Shown here: positions 7,553 through 15,633 of the stretch, piece after piece
How positions within the stretch are numbered: position 1 is the first letter of the stretch
Layout: every line of letters starts with the position of its first letter
Origin: Deltaproteobacteria bacterium
Lineage (GTDB): Bacteria; Myxococcota; Kuafuiibacteriia; Kuafuiibacteriales; Kuafuiibacteriaceae
Direction of reading: 5' to 3'
NCBI GenBank assembly: GCA_040218735.1
Contig: JAVJQW010000021.1
Location: 1-27,628, forward strand
DNA: 27,628 bases
Translations under genes and position numbers: made by a program
Notes under the pieces: model-generated
Databases searched by the model: none
Seen by the model: only the letters and a program-made list of their open reading frames with translations
What the model was told of the DNA's origin: nothing

Positions 7553-8404
7553 TCACCAGGCGGGGTACTCGAGCACGCGGACCACCTCGTCGTAGACGAC
7601 CTCCGCCTCCGTCAGCCCGCCGGGTCCCGCGTGCGGGACGCCGCTGACCTCGATGTTCTCGGCGCCGTCGAGCGTCGACGAGGCCACCGGCACCGTCCCG
7701 TCGTCGGTCGAGAAGATCGAGACCCACGCGAGGTCGCCGGGCGTGGCGGGGTCGGCGTTGAGGTTCGTGAGGAGCTCGTTGGTCGGGCAGAGCTCCTGCC
7801 ACACGCAGACGTCGAGCGGGTTGAGGCACGCGAGGCGATTGCCGTGGTGGAGGCCGCCGAGCGTCACGTACGTGTTCACCTGCGCGGTGCCGCCGAGCAC
7901 CTTGAGGAAGTGGCGAGACGACAGCGTGCCCATCGAGTGCGCGACCAGATCGATGCGCGAAGCGCCCGTCGTCTGGAGGATCCGCGCGACCTCGTCGGCG
8001 ATCGTCTGTGCGTTGTCGACGTTGCAGCCCCACCGAGGGTCCTCGAAGTCCAGCGCGAAGAGGCGGTTCGCGGGCCAGCCGTCGTCGACCAAACGCATGC
8101 GCATCACGTCGAACTCCGCGCTGCTCCCGTTGATGCCGTGGACGAAGAGCACCGGATCTGGCAGCGCCGTCATCGGACCCGCGTCGCGCGTCACCCCCGC
8201 GTCGCGCATGACGCCGGCGTCGTGGTTCATGCCGGCGTCGCGCATCGTCCCTGCATCGCGCATCACCCCAGCGTCGCCCATGACTCCGGCGTCGCGCGCC
8301 ACGCCGGCGTCCTCGACGACGTCCGCCGCGTCCGGCGGCGACGTCATCACGGCGGCTTCGCCACAGGCCGCCAACCACGGCACGAGCAGCCACACGCCAC
8401 GCAT
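7553..8404 (-). CDS. secreted lipase/esterase lipoprotein (alpha/beta hydrolase, Bacillus LipA-like family)
   Basis: Lipobox VPWLAAC. Oxyanion region LFVHGINGSS and nucleophile elbow AHSMG, as in LipA (VHGIGG / AHSMGG). After the lipobox there is a 6-aa tandem repeat DAGV(M/A/T)R x7.5. An alternative start lies at 8446. Confidence 0.7.
   Translation of the reverse strand: MRGVWLLVPWLAACGEAAVMTSPPDAADVVEDAGVARDAGVMGDAGVMRDAGTMRDAGMNHDAGVMRDAGVTRDAGPMTALPDPVLFVHGINGSSAEFDVMRMRLVDDGWPANRLFALDFEDPRWGCNVDNAQTIADEVARILQTTGASRIDLVAHSMGTLSSRHFLKVLGGTAQVNTYVTLGGLHHGNRLACLNPLDVCVWQELCPTNELLTNLNADPATPGDLAWVSIFSTDDGTVPVASSTLDGAENIEVSGVPHAGPGGLTEAEVVYDEVVRVLEYPAW
8181..8312 (-). repeat. in-frame 18-nt tandem repeat (about 7.5 copies) encoding DAGxMR hexapeptide linker of the lipase
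   Basis: Plus-strand units read cgcatgacgccggcgtcg, tggttcatgccggcgtcg, cgcatcgtccctgcatcg, cgcatcaccccagcgtcg, cccatgactccggcgtcg and so on. Confidence 0.7.
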
Positions 8405-8456
8405 CGCGCGAAGGTACCGCTCGCCGCCGCGCGTGCCGACGGGCATCTGACGGAGG

Positions 8457-10316
8457 TTACAGCCCGACCGCCTCGAGCTCTTCTTCCTCGGTCTCCGTCA
8501 ACGCCGCCATCTCGCGGAACTTCACGTTCGAGCGGCACAGCTCGTCGTAGGTGCCGATTGCCACGACTTCGCCCTGTTCGAGGAACACCAGCCGGTCGCA
8601 CCGCTTCACCGTCGTCAGCCGGTGCGCGATGATCAGGAGCGTCTTGTCGCCCTGGAGCGTCTCGATCGCGCGGCTCATCTCGCGCTCCGTGCGGTTGTCG
8701 AGGGAGCTCGTCGCCTCGTCGAACACGAGCACGTCCGGCCGCGAGTAGAGCGCGCGCGCCACCGCGACGCGCTGCCGCTCACCCCCGGAGAGCCGCAGCC
8801 CCCGCTCGCCGACGGTCGTCTCGAGCCCGTCCGGGAGCCGCTCCACGAATGGCTCGAGCTGCGCCATCTTCACCGACTCCGCGATACGCGCCTCGTCGAT
8901 GCGCTCGTCGCGCACGCCCAGCGCGATGTTGCGCCGTAGGGTGTCGTCGATCAGGTAGATCGACTGCGGCACGAAGCCGATGCGGCGCTGCCACCGGCGC
9001 ACGTCGTCGTGGATGTCCACGCCGTCCACCGCGATGCGGCCGCCGCTGGGTTCGAGGAGGCCGAGGATCAGATCGACGAACGTGCTCTTGCCCGCGCCCG
9101 TCGCGCCCACGATACCGATCGCCTCGCCGCGGTCGATGTGGATCGAGACGCCCTTCAGCGCTTCGCGCGCGCCGGTCGGATAGCGGAACGTGAGGTCTTC
9201 GATGTCGATGCTGTCGGTGTAGGGGAGGGGCTCGACGTCCTCGCCGTGCAGCTCGTCGTTCGACGCCAGCACCGACTGCCAGTCCTTGTGGATCTCGTCG
9301 ACGGAGACCGCGCCGTAGCGAACCGAGTTCACGAAGTACACCATGCGGTGCAGCGACGGCATGATCCGAAAGCCCGCGTACCCGAACAGTCCCAGCAGCG
9401 GCACGATCTCCTGCGCGGCCCCCGCGGAGTGAAACGACACGATCACCCCCGTCACCCCGAGCACGAACAACGTCTCCACGAGGAGCCGCGGCGCCTGCTC
9501 CAGCGCGCTGCGCCGCCACATCAGCCGCGACGCGTCCATGCGCAGCACCTCGAAGCCCTCGTAGAAGTACCGCTCGCGCCCGAGGACCTTCACCTCCTTC
9601 ACGCCGCCAAGGCTCTGGTGAAGGTTCGAGAGGATCTGCGCCGACAGCGCATGCATCTGTTTGCCCCAGCTGCGGAACTGGCGGTGCGTCAGCTTGAGGA
9701 GCAGCCAGAAGAGGCCGCCCATCAACACGCCGGTCGCGAACGTCACCCCCGGCGCCGCGACGACGAGGACCGCGAACACCGCGAGCGTCAGCATCATCTC
9801 GGTGATCATCGAGACCCCCGCGACGAGCACGCTGCGGAACGCGGCTTCGACGGACGTGCTCACGTTGCGGATCAGCTCCGCCGAGTTGCGCGAGAAGTGG
9901 AACGCGTACGGCGCCGACAGGTAGCCGCGCAACAGACGCGACGACAGGGACGCGACGGAGATCGCCGCGCGTTTGTTCGCGATCCAGACCTGCACGAACA
10001 ACATCGAGTTCTTCGTGACGTAGAAGAGCGCGACCGCCCCCGCGAACGCGATGACGAAGCGCCCTTCGCTCTCGAAGCCGAGCAGGTCGTACGCGCGCGA
10101 CAACGACGGCTGCGTGTGGATGCGCGAGGGCTCGTCGATCACGCGGATCAGCCCGAAGATCAGCGCGGCGCCGAGGGCTTCGAAGCCCGCGGTCACCAAC
10201 GAGAGGGGGATGAGGAGCGCCCAGCGTCGCCGCTCCTTGGCGTCGAGGAACCCGAGGCAACGCTTCACCGCGACGAAGGAGCTCGTGGGCATCTCGATCT
10301 TCGCGTCGTCGCTCAT
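8457..10316 (-). CDS. ABC transporter, fused permease/ATP-binding protein (type I exporter, MsbA-like)
   Basis: An N-terminal 6-TM domain is followed by an NBD with Walker A GATGAGKST, ABC signature LSGGERQRVAVARAL, Walker B VLVFDEATSSLD and H-loop IIAHRL. Confidence 0.85.
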   Translation of the reverse strand: MSDDAKIEMPTSSFVAVKRCLGFLDAKERRRWALLIPLSLVTAGFEALGAALIFGLIRVIDEPSRIHTQPSLSRAYDLLGFESEGRFVIAFAGAVALFYVTKNSMLFVQVWIANKRAAISVASLSSRLLRGYLSAPYAFHFSRNSAELIRNVSTSVEAAFRSVLVAGVSMITEMMLTLAVFAVLVVAAPGVTFATGVLMGGLFWLLLKLTHRQFRSWGKQMHALSAQILSNLHQSLGGVKEVKVLGRERYFYEGFEVLRMDASRLMWRRSALEQAPRLLVETLFVLGVTGVIVSFHSAGAAQEIVPLLGLFGYAGFRIMPSLHRMVYFVNSVRYGAVSVDEIHKDWQSVLASNDELHGEDVEPLPYTDSIDIEDLTFRYPTGAREALKGVSIHIDRGEAIGIVGATGAGKSTFVDLILGLLEPSGGRIAVDGVDIHDDVRRWQRRIGFVPQSIYLIDDTLRRNIALGVRDERIDEARIAESVKMAQLEPFVERLPDGLETTVGERGLRLSGGERQRVAVARALYSRPDVLVFDEATSSLDNRTEREMSRAIETLQGDKTLLIIAHRLTTVKRCDRLVFLEQGEVVAIGTYDELCRSNVKFREMAALTETEEEELEAVGL

Positions 10317-11632
10317 TCCTGCTTTCTCTGCAGCTCCACGAAGATGCGGTACTCGCCGGTGGGATCACGTTGGATCTCTCCGACCCAACGCTCGAAGTAC
10401 GGGCTCTTCAGCTCCACCGCGACGCGATCGTCGAGGGTGTAGGGCAGGTCGATCGCGAGCGGCGTCTTGCCGAGGATGTCCTGGCCGAACAGCACGAACA
10501 CCCCCTCGGGGAGGGTGTCGACGTTGACGCGGGTCGGTGTGTTGCTCGGACGCATCGGCGCCGCAGCCGGCCCGGCCAACGAGAAGAATCGCATCTCGAC
10601 GTGCCGCTGCTTCTTGTCCCCCGACGTGAACAACATCGCCAGCGCGGTGATCGTTCCGATGATCACGAACGCGGCGAGCGCGACGGGGATCGCGCGCGCG
10701 GCGGCGTCGGTGTGCGCGACGAGGCGGTGGATGTCGTCCGCGTTGGCGCCCTCCGAAGGGCGCGACTTCTGCTGAACGACGGGGCCCGGCTTCTTCGCGT
10801 CCTTGCTCTTGCCCGGTTTGCCCTCGTCGTCGAGGAAGGGCATCAGATCGATCTCGTCGTTCGGCGAGTGCGGAATCTCCATCGTTTCCTTCACGATGCG
10901 AGGCTCGCTCGACGGGTCCGCAGGGGTATTGGGTTTGCTGGCGGACGGTGCCATCCCGAGCTGCGCCGCGAGATCCAGCATCGTCTCGCTCCCGGACCGA
11001 CGGGGCGGACGCGGCGGCGACGGCATCCGCTCGGCGGCGCTGACCTTGCGGCGGGTGATCTTCGGCGGCGCCTTCTCGATCTCCGGCAGCGACCCTTCGT
11101 GGAAGAGGTCGTACGGGATGGGCGCCTTCATCGTGCGCTCGTGACTCGCCGGGCGTTCGTCGACGGTCTCCTCCGCAGGGTTCGATCCCGGACGCACCGT
11201 CTCCTCGTGATCACCGTCGGTCAGCGTGGGGACCGGCGTGTCGTAGGGCATCGGCGTCTCGTCGAGCGCATCGACGCCGCCGGGTGCGGTGGTCGGGAAG
11301 TCCTCGTCGTCCGAACCGGTGTCTTCCTCGTGCGGAGGCTCGGCGACGACGTGCGGCTGCGAGTCGAAGACCGGCGCGGGCGCGCGGATGGTCATCTCGG
11401 GCGCTTCGTCCAGTCCCGGACCGACGACCTCGTCTTGGATCGCGACGTTCTCCAGGAGCTGGTCCCGCGACAACGCGTTGAGCGCGGCGTTCACCTCGAT
11501 CGACAGGTCGCGGTCGATCACCGTCATGTTGTTGTCCGCCGCCGGCCGCTCCTCGGTGTCGCTCTTGTCGGTGTTCTCGTCGAAGACGAGTGACCAGCCG
11601 CGCTGCTTCTTGTCGTCTTCTCGTTTGGTCAT
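10313..11632 (-). CDS. single-pass membrane protein: acidic disordered N-terminal region, TM helix, C-terminal PEGA-like domain
   Basis: About 300 aa of low-complexity D/E/P/T-rich sequence precede the TM IPVALAAFVIIGTITALAMLF. The C-terminus PEGVFVLFGQDILGKTPLAIDLPYTLDDRVAVELKSPYFERW fits a PEGA-type beta domain. Its stop overlaps the ABC gene start (ATGA). Confidence 0.55.
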   Translation of the reverse strand: MTKREDDKKQRGWSLVFDENTDKSDTEERPAADNNMTVIDRDLSIEVNAALNALSRDQLLENVAIQDEVVGPGLDEAPEMTIRAPAPVFDSQPHVVAEPPHEEDTGSDDEDFPTTAPGGVDALDETPMPYDTPVPTLTDGDHEETVRPGSNPAEETVDERPASHERTMKAPIPYDLFHEGSLPEIEKAPPKITRRKVSAAERMPSPPRPPRRSGSETMLDLAAQLGMAPSASKPNTPADPSSEPRIVKETMEIPHSPNDEIDLMPFLDDEGKPGKSKDAKKPGPVVQQKSRPSEGANADDIHRLVAHTDAAARAIPVALAAFVIIGTITALAMLFTSGDKKQRHVEMRFFSLAGPAAAPMRPSNTPTRVNVDTLPEGVFVLFGQDILGKTPLAIDLPYTLDDRVAVELKSPYFERWVGEIQRDPTGEYRIFVELQRKQE

Positions 11633-11756
11633 CGGTGGGGCCGGACAGCCGGAAAGTCGCGGTCTTAGCCCCGAATCGTGCCCCCATGGCCCCCCTGGCT
11701 CAAGGGCGTGTTAAGACGAGGGCGCCGGCCGGGTCGGCCGTCATGGAGGTGGACCG

Positions 11757-13028
11757 ATGAGCCATTCAATCCGCGCAGGTTGGGTCGTCGCTGCGGCGAT
11801 CACCTGCCTCGTTGCCTGTGAAGAGCGTAAGCCGAAGTCCGCGGCGAAAGCCGAGGAGGCCACAAAAGCCGCGCCCGCGCGGGTTCAGGGGGTGACCGAC
11901 ACGACGATCAAGGTGGGCAGCTACGGTCCCCTGTCGGGGCCGGCGGCGGCCTGGGGCGTGGTCCAGCGCAGCCTGGAGGCATACTTCGCGTTCATCAACG
12001 ATCAGGGCGGCATCCACGGCCGAAAGATCGAATTTGTGTACCGCGACGACGGCTACAGCCCCGCGAAGACGCCGGGGGTGGTGCGCGAGCTCGTCGAAAA
12101 GGAGCAGGTCTTCGCGATGGTCGGCGGGATCGGCACGGCCAACGGCCGCGCGGTCGCGGACTACCTCGACGAGAAGGGGATCCCGGTGTTCACCCCGGCG
12201 ACCGGCGACGCGTTCTTCGGGTCCGGCGCGAAGAAGAACACGTACACGGCGTTCCTCCCGTACGCGGTCGAGGGGCAGATCATCGGCGAGTACATCGCGA
12301 AGGAGCTGCGGTCGCTGAAGGTCGGGGTGCTGTACCAGGACGACGACTTCGGCGCGCAGGGTGTGGAGGGGCTGACGAAGGGCCTCGAGAAGTTCGGCGG
12401 CGCGGTGCAGGTCAAGGTGTCGTGTCTGCCGACCGACACGGATCTGTCCGGGCAGGTGAGTCAGATCGCGGCGAGCGCGCCGGAGGTGCTGGTGATCTTC
12501 ACGGCGCCGAAGCAGGCGATCATGGCGGTGAAGCAGCTGCACGCGATGAAGAAGAAGCCGCACATCCTCACGAGCTACGTGTTGATGGACCCGATCATGT
12601 TCAAGCTCGCGGGCGCAGAGGTCTGGGACGGGACGATCTCCAGCGCGGTCACACCGCTCGGGGACGACGAGGTCGCGCAGGTCGTGAAGTTCCGCGAGAT
12701 CCTCGAGAAGTACGGCGAGGGGAAGCTGCCCATCGGCGCGTTCTCGATGGCGGCGTTTGCGATCGGGGTGCCGTTCGTCGAAGCGCTCGAGCGCGCCGGC
12801 AAGGACCTCACGCCGGCGAAGCTCTACGAGGCGTTGGAGAGCCTGAAGGGCTTCGACGAGGCCGGACCGTACATCGAGGGCGGCGGCTTCAGCCCGGTGC
12901 TGACGTTCGGCAAGGGCGACCACCAGGGCCCGGACTCGCTGTACTTCGTGCGCGGTGAAGGCGGGAAGTGGGTGAAGGCGTCCGACTGGATCACGTTCGA
13001 GGGTGCGAAGAAGGAGGCGGCGAAGTGA
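11757..13028 (+). CDS. Leu/Ile/Val-binding protein family (LivK-like, type 1 periplasmic binding protein) lipoprotein
   Basis: Lipobox ITCLVAC. GGAGGTG SD 6 nt upstream. Typical PBP1/ANF-receptor fold sequence (TIKVGSYGPLSGPAAAWG.., VFAMVGGIGTANGRAVADYLDEKGIPVFTPATGD). No permease or ATPase genes are adjacent. Confidence 0.75.
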   Translation: MSHSIRAGWVVAAAITCLVACEERKPKSAAKAEEATKAAPARVQGVTDTTIKVGSYGPLSGPAAAWGVVQRSLEAYFAFINDQGGIHGRKIEFVYRDDGYSPAKTPGVVRELVEKEQVFAMVGGIGTANGRAVADYLDEKGIPVFTPATGDAFFGSGAKKNTYTAFLPYAVEGQIIGEYIAKELRSLKVGVLYQDDDFGAQGVEGLTKGLEKFGGAVQVKVSCLPTDTDLSGQVSQIAASAPEVLVIFTAPKQAIMAVKQLHAMKKKPHILTSYVLMDPIMFKLAGAEVWDGTISSAVTPLGDDEVAQVVKFREILEKYGEGKLPIGAFSMAAFAIGVPFVEALERAGKDLTPAKLYEALESLKGFDEAGPYIEGGGFSPVLTFGKGDHQGPDSLYFVRGEGGKWVKASDWITFEGAKKEAAK

Positions 13029-13576
13029 AGAACGCGTGGGTCTTGGGTTTGGCGCTGTCGCTCGTTCCGAGCCTCGCGTTCGCGAGCAAACGCGAAGGCG
13101 TGTCCATGAAGGACGCCGCGAAGGTCGGCGGCAAGAAGGTCGTGCTCAACGGGATGGGCGTGCGGCAGGCGACGGTGTTCAACGTGAACGTCTACGTCGC
13201 GGGGCTGTACCTCGAAGCGAAGACACGTGACCCGGCGGAGGTCACGAAGGACGGCGCGAAGAAGATCCTCTTCCACTTCGTGCGCGACGTGGACCTCGAC
13301 GATCTGCAGGACGCGTTCGAGGAGGGCTTCGCGAAGAACGGCGGCGGCGCGCTGAAGGATCGCGTGAAGAAGCTCAACGCGATGATGTCCGACATGAAGG
13401 ACGGCCAGCGCATGTCGCTCGAGTACGCGCCCGGCACCGGGACGACCGTGTTCGTGCTCGGGAAGAAGAAGGGCGTGATCCCCGGCGAAGACTTCATGAA
13501 GGTGCTGTTCACCATCTTCGTCGGCCCCAAGGCGCCCAACCGCCTGCTCCGCGACGGCATGCTCGGCAAAGCCTGA
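13025..13576 (+). CDS. chalcone isomerase-like family protein (secreted)
   Basis: The GTG start overlaps the upstream stop (GTGA). Signal peptide VKNAWVLGLALSLVPSLAFA. Bacterial CHI-like signature VVLNGMGVRQATVFNVNVYVAGLYLE. Confidence 0.65.
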   Translation: MKNAWVLGLALSLVPSLAFASKREGVSMKDAAKVGGKKVVLNGMGVRQATVFNVNVYVAGLYLEAKTRDPAEVTKDGAKKILFHFVRDVDLDDLQDAFEEGFAKNGGGALKDRVKKLNAMMSDMKDGQRMSLEYAPGTGTTVFVLGKKKGVIPGEDFMKVLFTIFVGPKAPNRLLRDGMLGKA

Positions 13577-13645
13577 ACGGTTCCGCTGACCTGCGGGTTT
13601 CTGCGGAATTCAATTGCGAACGACTGGTCAGTCGGATATCTCGGC

Positions 13646-13666
13646 CGTTGCGTAGATCGCGCAACG
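13646..13666. promoter_or_regulatory. perfect 7-bp stem / 7-nt loop hairpin (cgttgcg tagatcg cgcaacg) in the intergenic region upstream of the kinase gene
   Basis: Inverted repeat read directly from the sequence. No U-tract follows, so it is not a canonical intrinsic terminator. Confidence 0.25.
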
Positions 13667-13748
13667 AGTCGAGCCGTTGAACCGAAAACCACATAGGCCT
13701 ACATCCAGCGGACGACGTGTGCCGCCGGATCCGGAGGTCGTGGAACCG

Positions 13749-15032
13749 ATGATCGCCGCGCGAAATCCGAGCGCTGACGTCCAGCCGCGAGACCGGCTGC
13801 TCGGGCAGGTGCTTCACGGCGCGCGGTTGGAGGCGGTGCTCGGCGAGGGCTCGGCGTCCCGGGTGTACCGCGCGCGGCACTTGGTGCTCGAGCGTGAGTA
13901 CGCGGTGAAGGTGTTGTCCGTCCCGCACGCGCACAAGGACGATCTCGTCGAGCGCTTCTACCGCGAGGCGCGCGCGCTCAGCCGCATGGCGCACGAGAAC
14001 ATCGTCGGCGTCGTCGACTGCGGGCAGACCCACGACGGTCGTCCGTTCCTCACGATGGAGATGCTCTTCGGCGAGACGTTGCAGGCGCGCCTCGAGCGCG
14101 GTCGCCTCGCGATGAACGAGGTCGTCGACATCACGCGCCAGGTGTTGAGCGGCCTCGCGGAGGCGCACCGGCGCGGGCTCGTGCACCGCGATCTCAAGCC
14201 GGCGAACGTGATGCTCGTGAACGTCGAAGGCGCGACGGTCGCGAAGCTCCTCGACTTCGGCGTCGCGCGCCTGGTGCGCGACGACCAACCGCAGATCACC
14301 AGCACCGAGATGCTGCTCGGCACGCCGCGGTACATGGCGCCCGAGCAGGCGATGCGGGCGGCGGATGCGTCACCGCGCTCCGACCTCTACTCGTTCGGCG
14401 TGATGCTCTACGAGATGCTCGCGGGGCGCGCGCCGTTCGAAGGCGGCCTGATCGAGGTGCTCGACAAACAGTTCCACACGCCGCCGCCCGTGCTGCGCAC
14501 GTCGTCGGGGCTCGAGCCGTTGGTGTTCCAGCTCCTCGAGAAGGACCCCGCGAAGCGCCCCTCGAACGCGCTGCTGGTGCTCGCGGAGCTCGAGCGGCTG
14601 CTCCGAATGCCGCGGACCCCGTCGCTGTCGTTCCCGGACCGCACGCGTCGCTCCCAGCTCCCCGAGCTCGATCTCGACGGTCCGACGCTCCTCGACGAGC
14701 CGCTGCCGTTCGACGGGCAGGAGGACACCGTCCCCTCCGGCAACGAGCCGACGGTGCTCCGCGCGCGCGTTCCGGCCGTCGGGGCGACGAACCTCCGAAT
14801 CTACGACGACGAGCACGACACACGCGAGATGTCGCCCGCGGATCCGACGACGGACTTCGACACGGATCCGGACGACGCGCCGTTGTTCGGCGAGCGGACG
14901 ATGTCCGAGCTGGTGAGCTCGTCGAACCCGCTGATGCTGATGGTGTTGGCGATGGTGCTCGCGTTCTCGGTCACGATGGTCGCAGGGACCGCCGTGCAAC
15001 ACCGCATCGCGGACTTCGTCGCGACGAGGTGA
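13749..15032 (+). CDS. Hanks-type serine/threonine protein kinase with C-terminal transmembrane anchor
   Basis: Gly-loop LGEGSASRVY, Lys YAVKVL, catalytic loop HRDLKPANVML, DFGVAR, GTPRYMAPE. C-terminal TM LMLMVLAMVLAFSVTMVAG. The ORF-track start at 13677 uses rare low-GC codons, so ATG 13749 is preferred. Confidence 0.85.
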   Translation: MIAARNPSADVQPRDRLLGQVLHGARLEAVLGEGSASRVYRARHLVLEREYAVKVLSVPHAHKDDLVERFYREARALSRMAHENIVGVVDCGQTHDGRPFLTMEMLFGETLQARLERGRLAMNEVVDITRQVLSGLAEAHRRGLVHRDLKPANVMLVNVEGATVAKLLDFGVARLVRDDQPQITSTEMLLGTPRYMAPEQAMRAADASPRSDLYSFGVMLYEMLAGRAPFEGGLIEVLDKQFHTPPPVLRTSSGLEPLVFQLLEKDPAKRPSNALLVLAELERLLRMPRTPSLSFPDRTRRSQLPELDLDGPTLLDEPLPFDGQEDTVPSGNEPTVLRARVPAVGATNLRIYDDEHDTREMSPADPTTDFDTDPDDAPLFGERTMSELVSSSNPLMLMVLAMVLAFSVTMVAGTAVQHRIADFVATR

Positions 15033-15596
15033 TCAGCACTTCGCGACGAAGCACTTCTTCGTCACGGCCTGCCTCAGCGACGCGGCGATTTCGCGCGTGA
15101 GCGCGTCGATGTCGGCGACGTCGGCGCGCTCGATCTCCTTGTGCGCGAACCGGTCCGCCTCCGAGCACCCCGACCACAACGAGTAACCCCAGCGTTCGAG
15201 GTCGGCGGGCGTCCACAGGTCGACGTAGATGTGGTCTTCGCCGCACGCGAGGTGGTGCGCGGCGTCGGCCATCTCACTCGAGTACTGCACCGCCGAGGTC
15301 ATCGGCAGCTCGGGGTGCGAGGCGAGCTCGAGCGACAGCGACTCGGCGACCTCTTCGTAGACGAGCTGCCGCGTCGACGGGTCGACGGACATGCCGACGT
15401 CCTTGAAGGAGATGACGTCGAACGGGAGCTCGGAGGTCATCCGCACCACGAAGGGGGAGTAGGTCGGCCCCGCCACCGCGGCTACCGCCGGCGCGGCCAC
15501 GGGAACTGGCGCCTCGGCCGCCTCACGGCAGGCGCCGACGGCAGCGAGCACCAGGGCGATCGTCGAGAGGCGGAGGGTTCGCTGGCCTACCTTCAT
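15033..15596 (-). CDS. hypothetical lipoprotein, several Cys residues, no recognised domain
   Basis: Lipobox LAAVGAC. High-GC codon usage. Its stop abuts the kinase stop, forming TGATCA. Confidence 0.5.
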   Translation of the reverse strand: MKVGQRTLRLSTIALVLAAVGACREAAEAPVPVAAPAVAAVAGPTYSPFVVRMTSELPFDVISFKDVGMSVDPSTRQLVYEEVAESLSLELASHPELPMTSAVQYSSEMADAAHHLACGEDHIYVDLWTPADLERWGYSLWSGCSEADRFAHKEIERADVADIDALTREIAASLRQAVTKKCFVAKC

Positions 15597-15633
15597 CGCG
15601 CCTTTTCAGCATCCAACGTTCGGGCGCGTTTGA

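Noticed and set aside
13677-13748. A 24-codon upstream extension of the kinase ORF.
   Set aside because: It uses AT-rich rare codons (aac cga aaa cca cat agg) unlike the rest of the gene, and it lies in the low-GC promoter-like gap.
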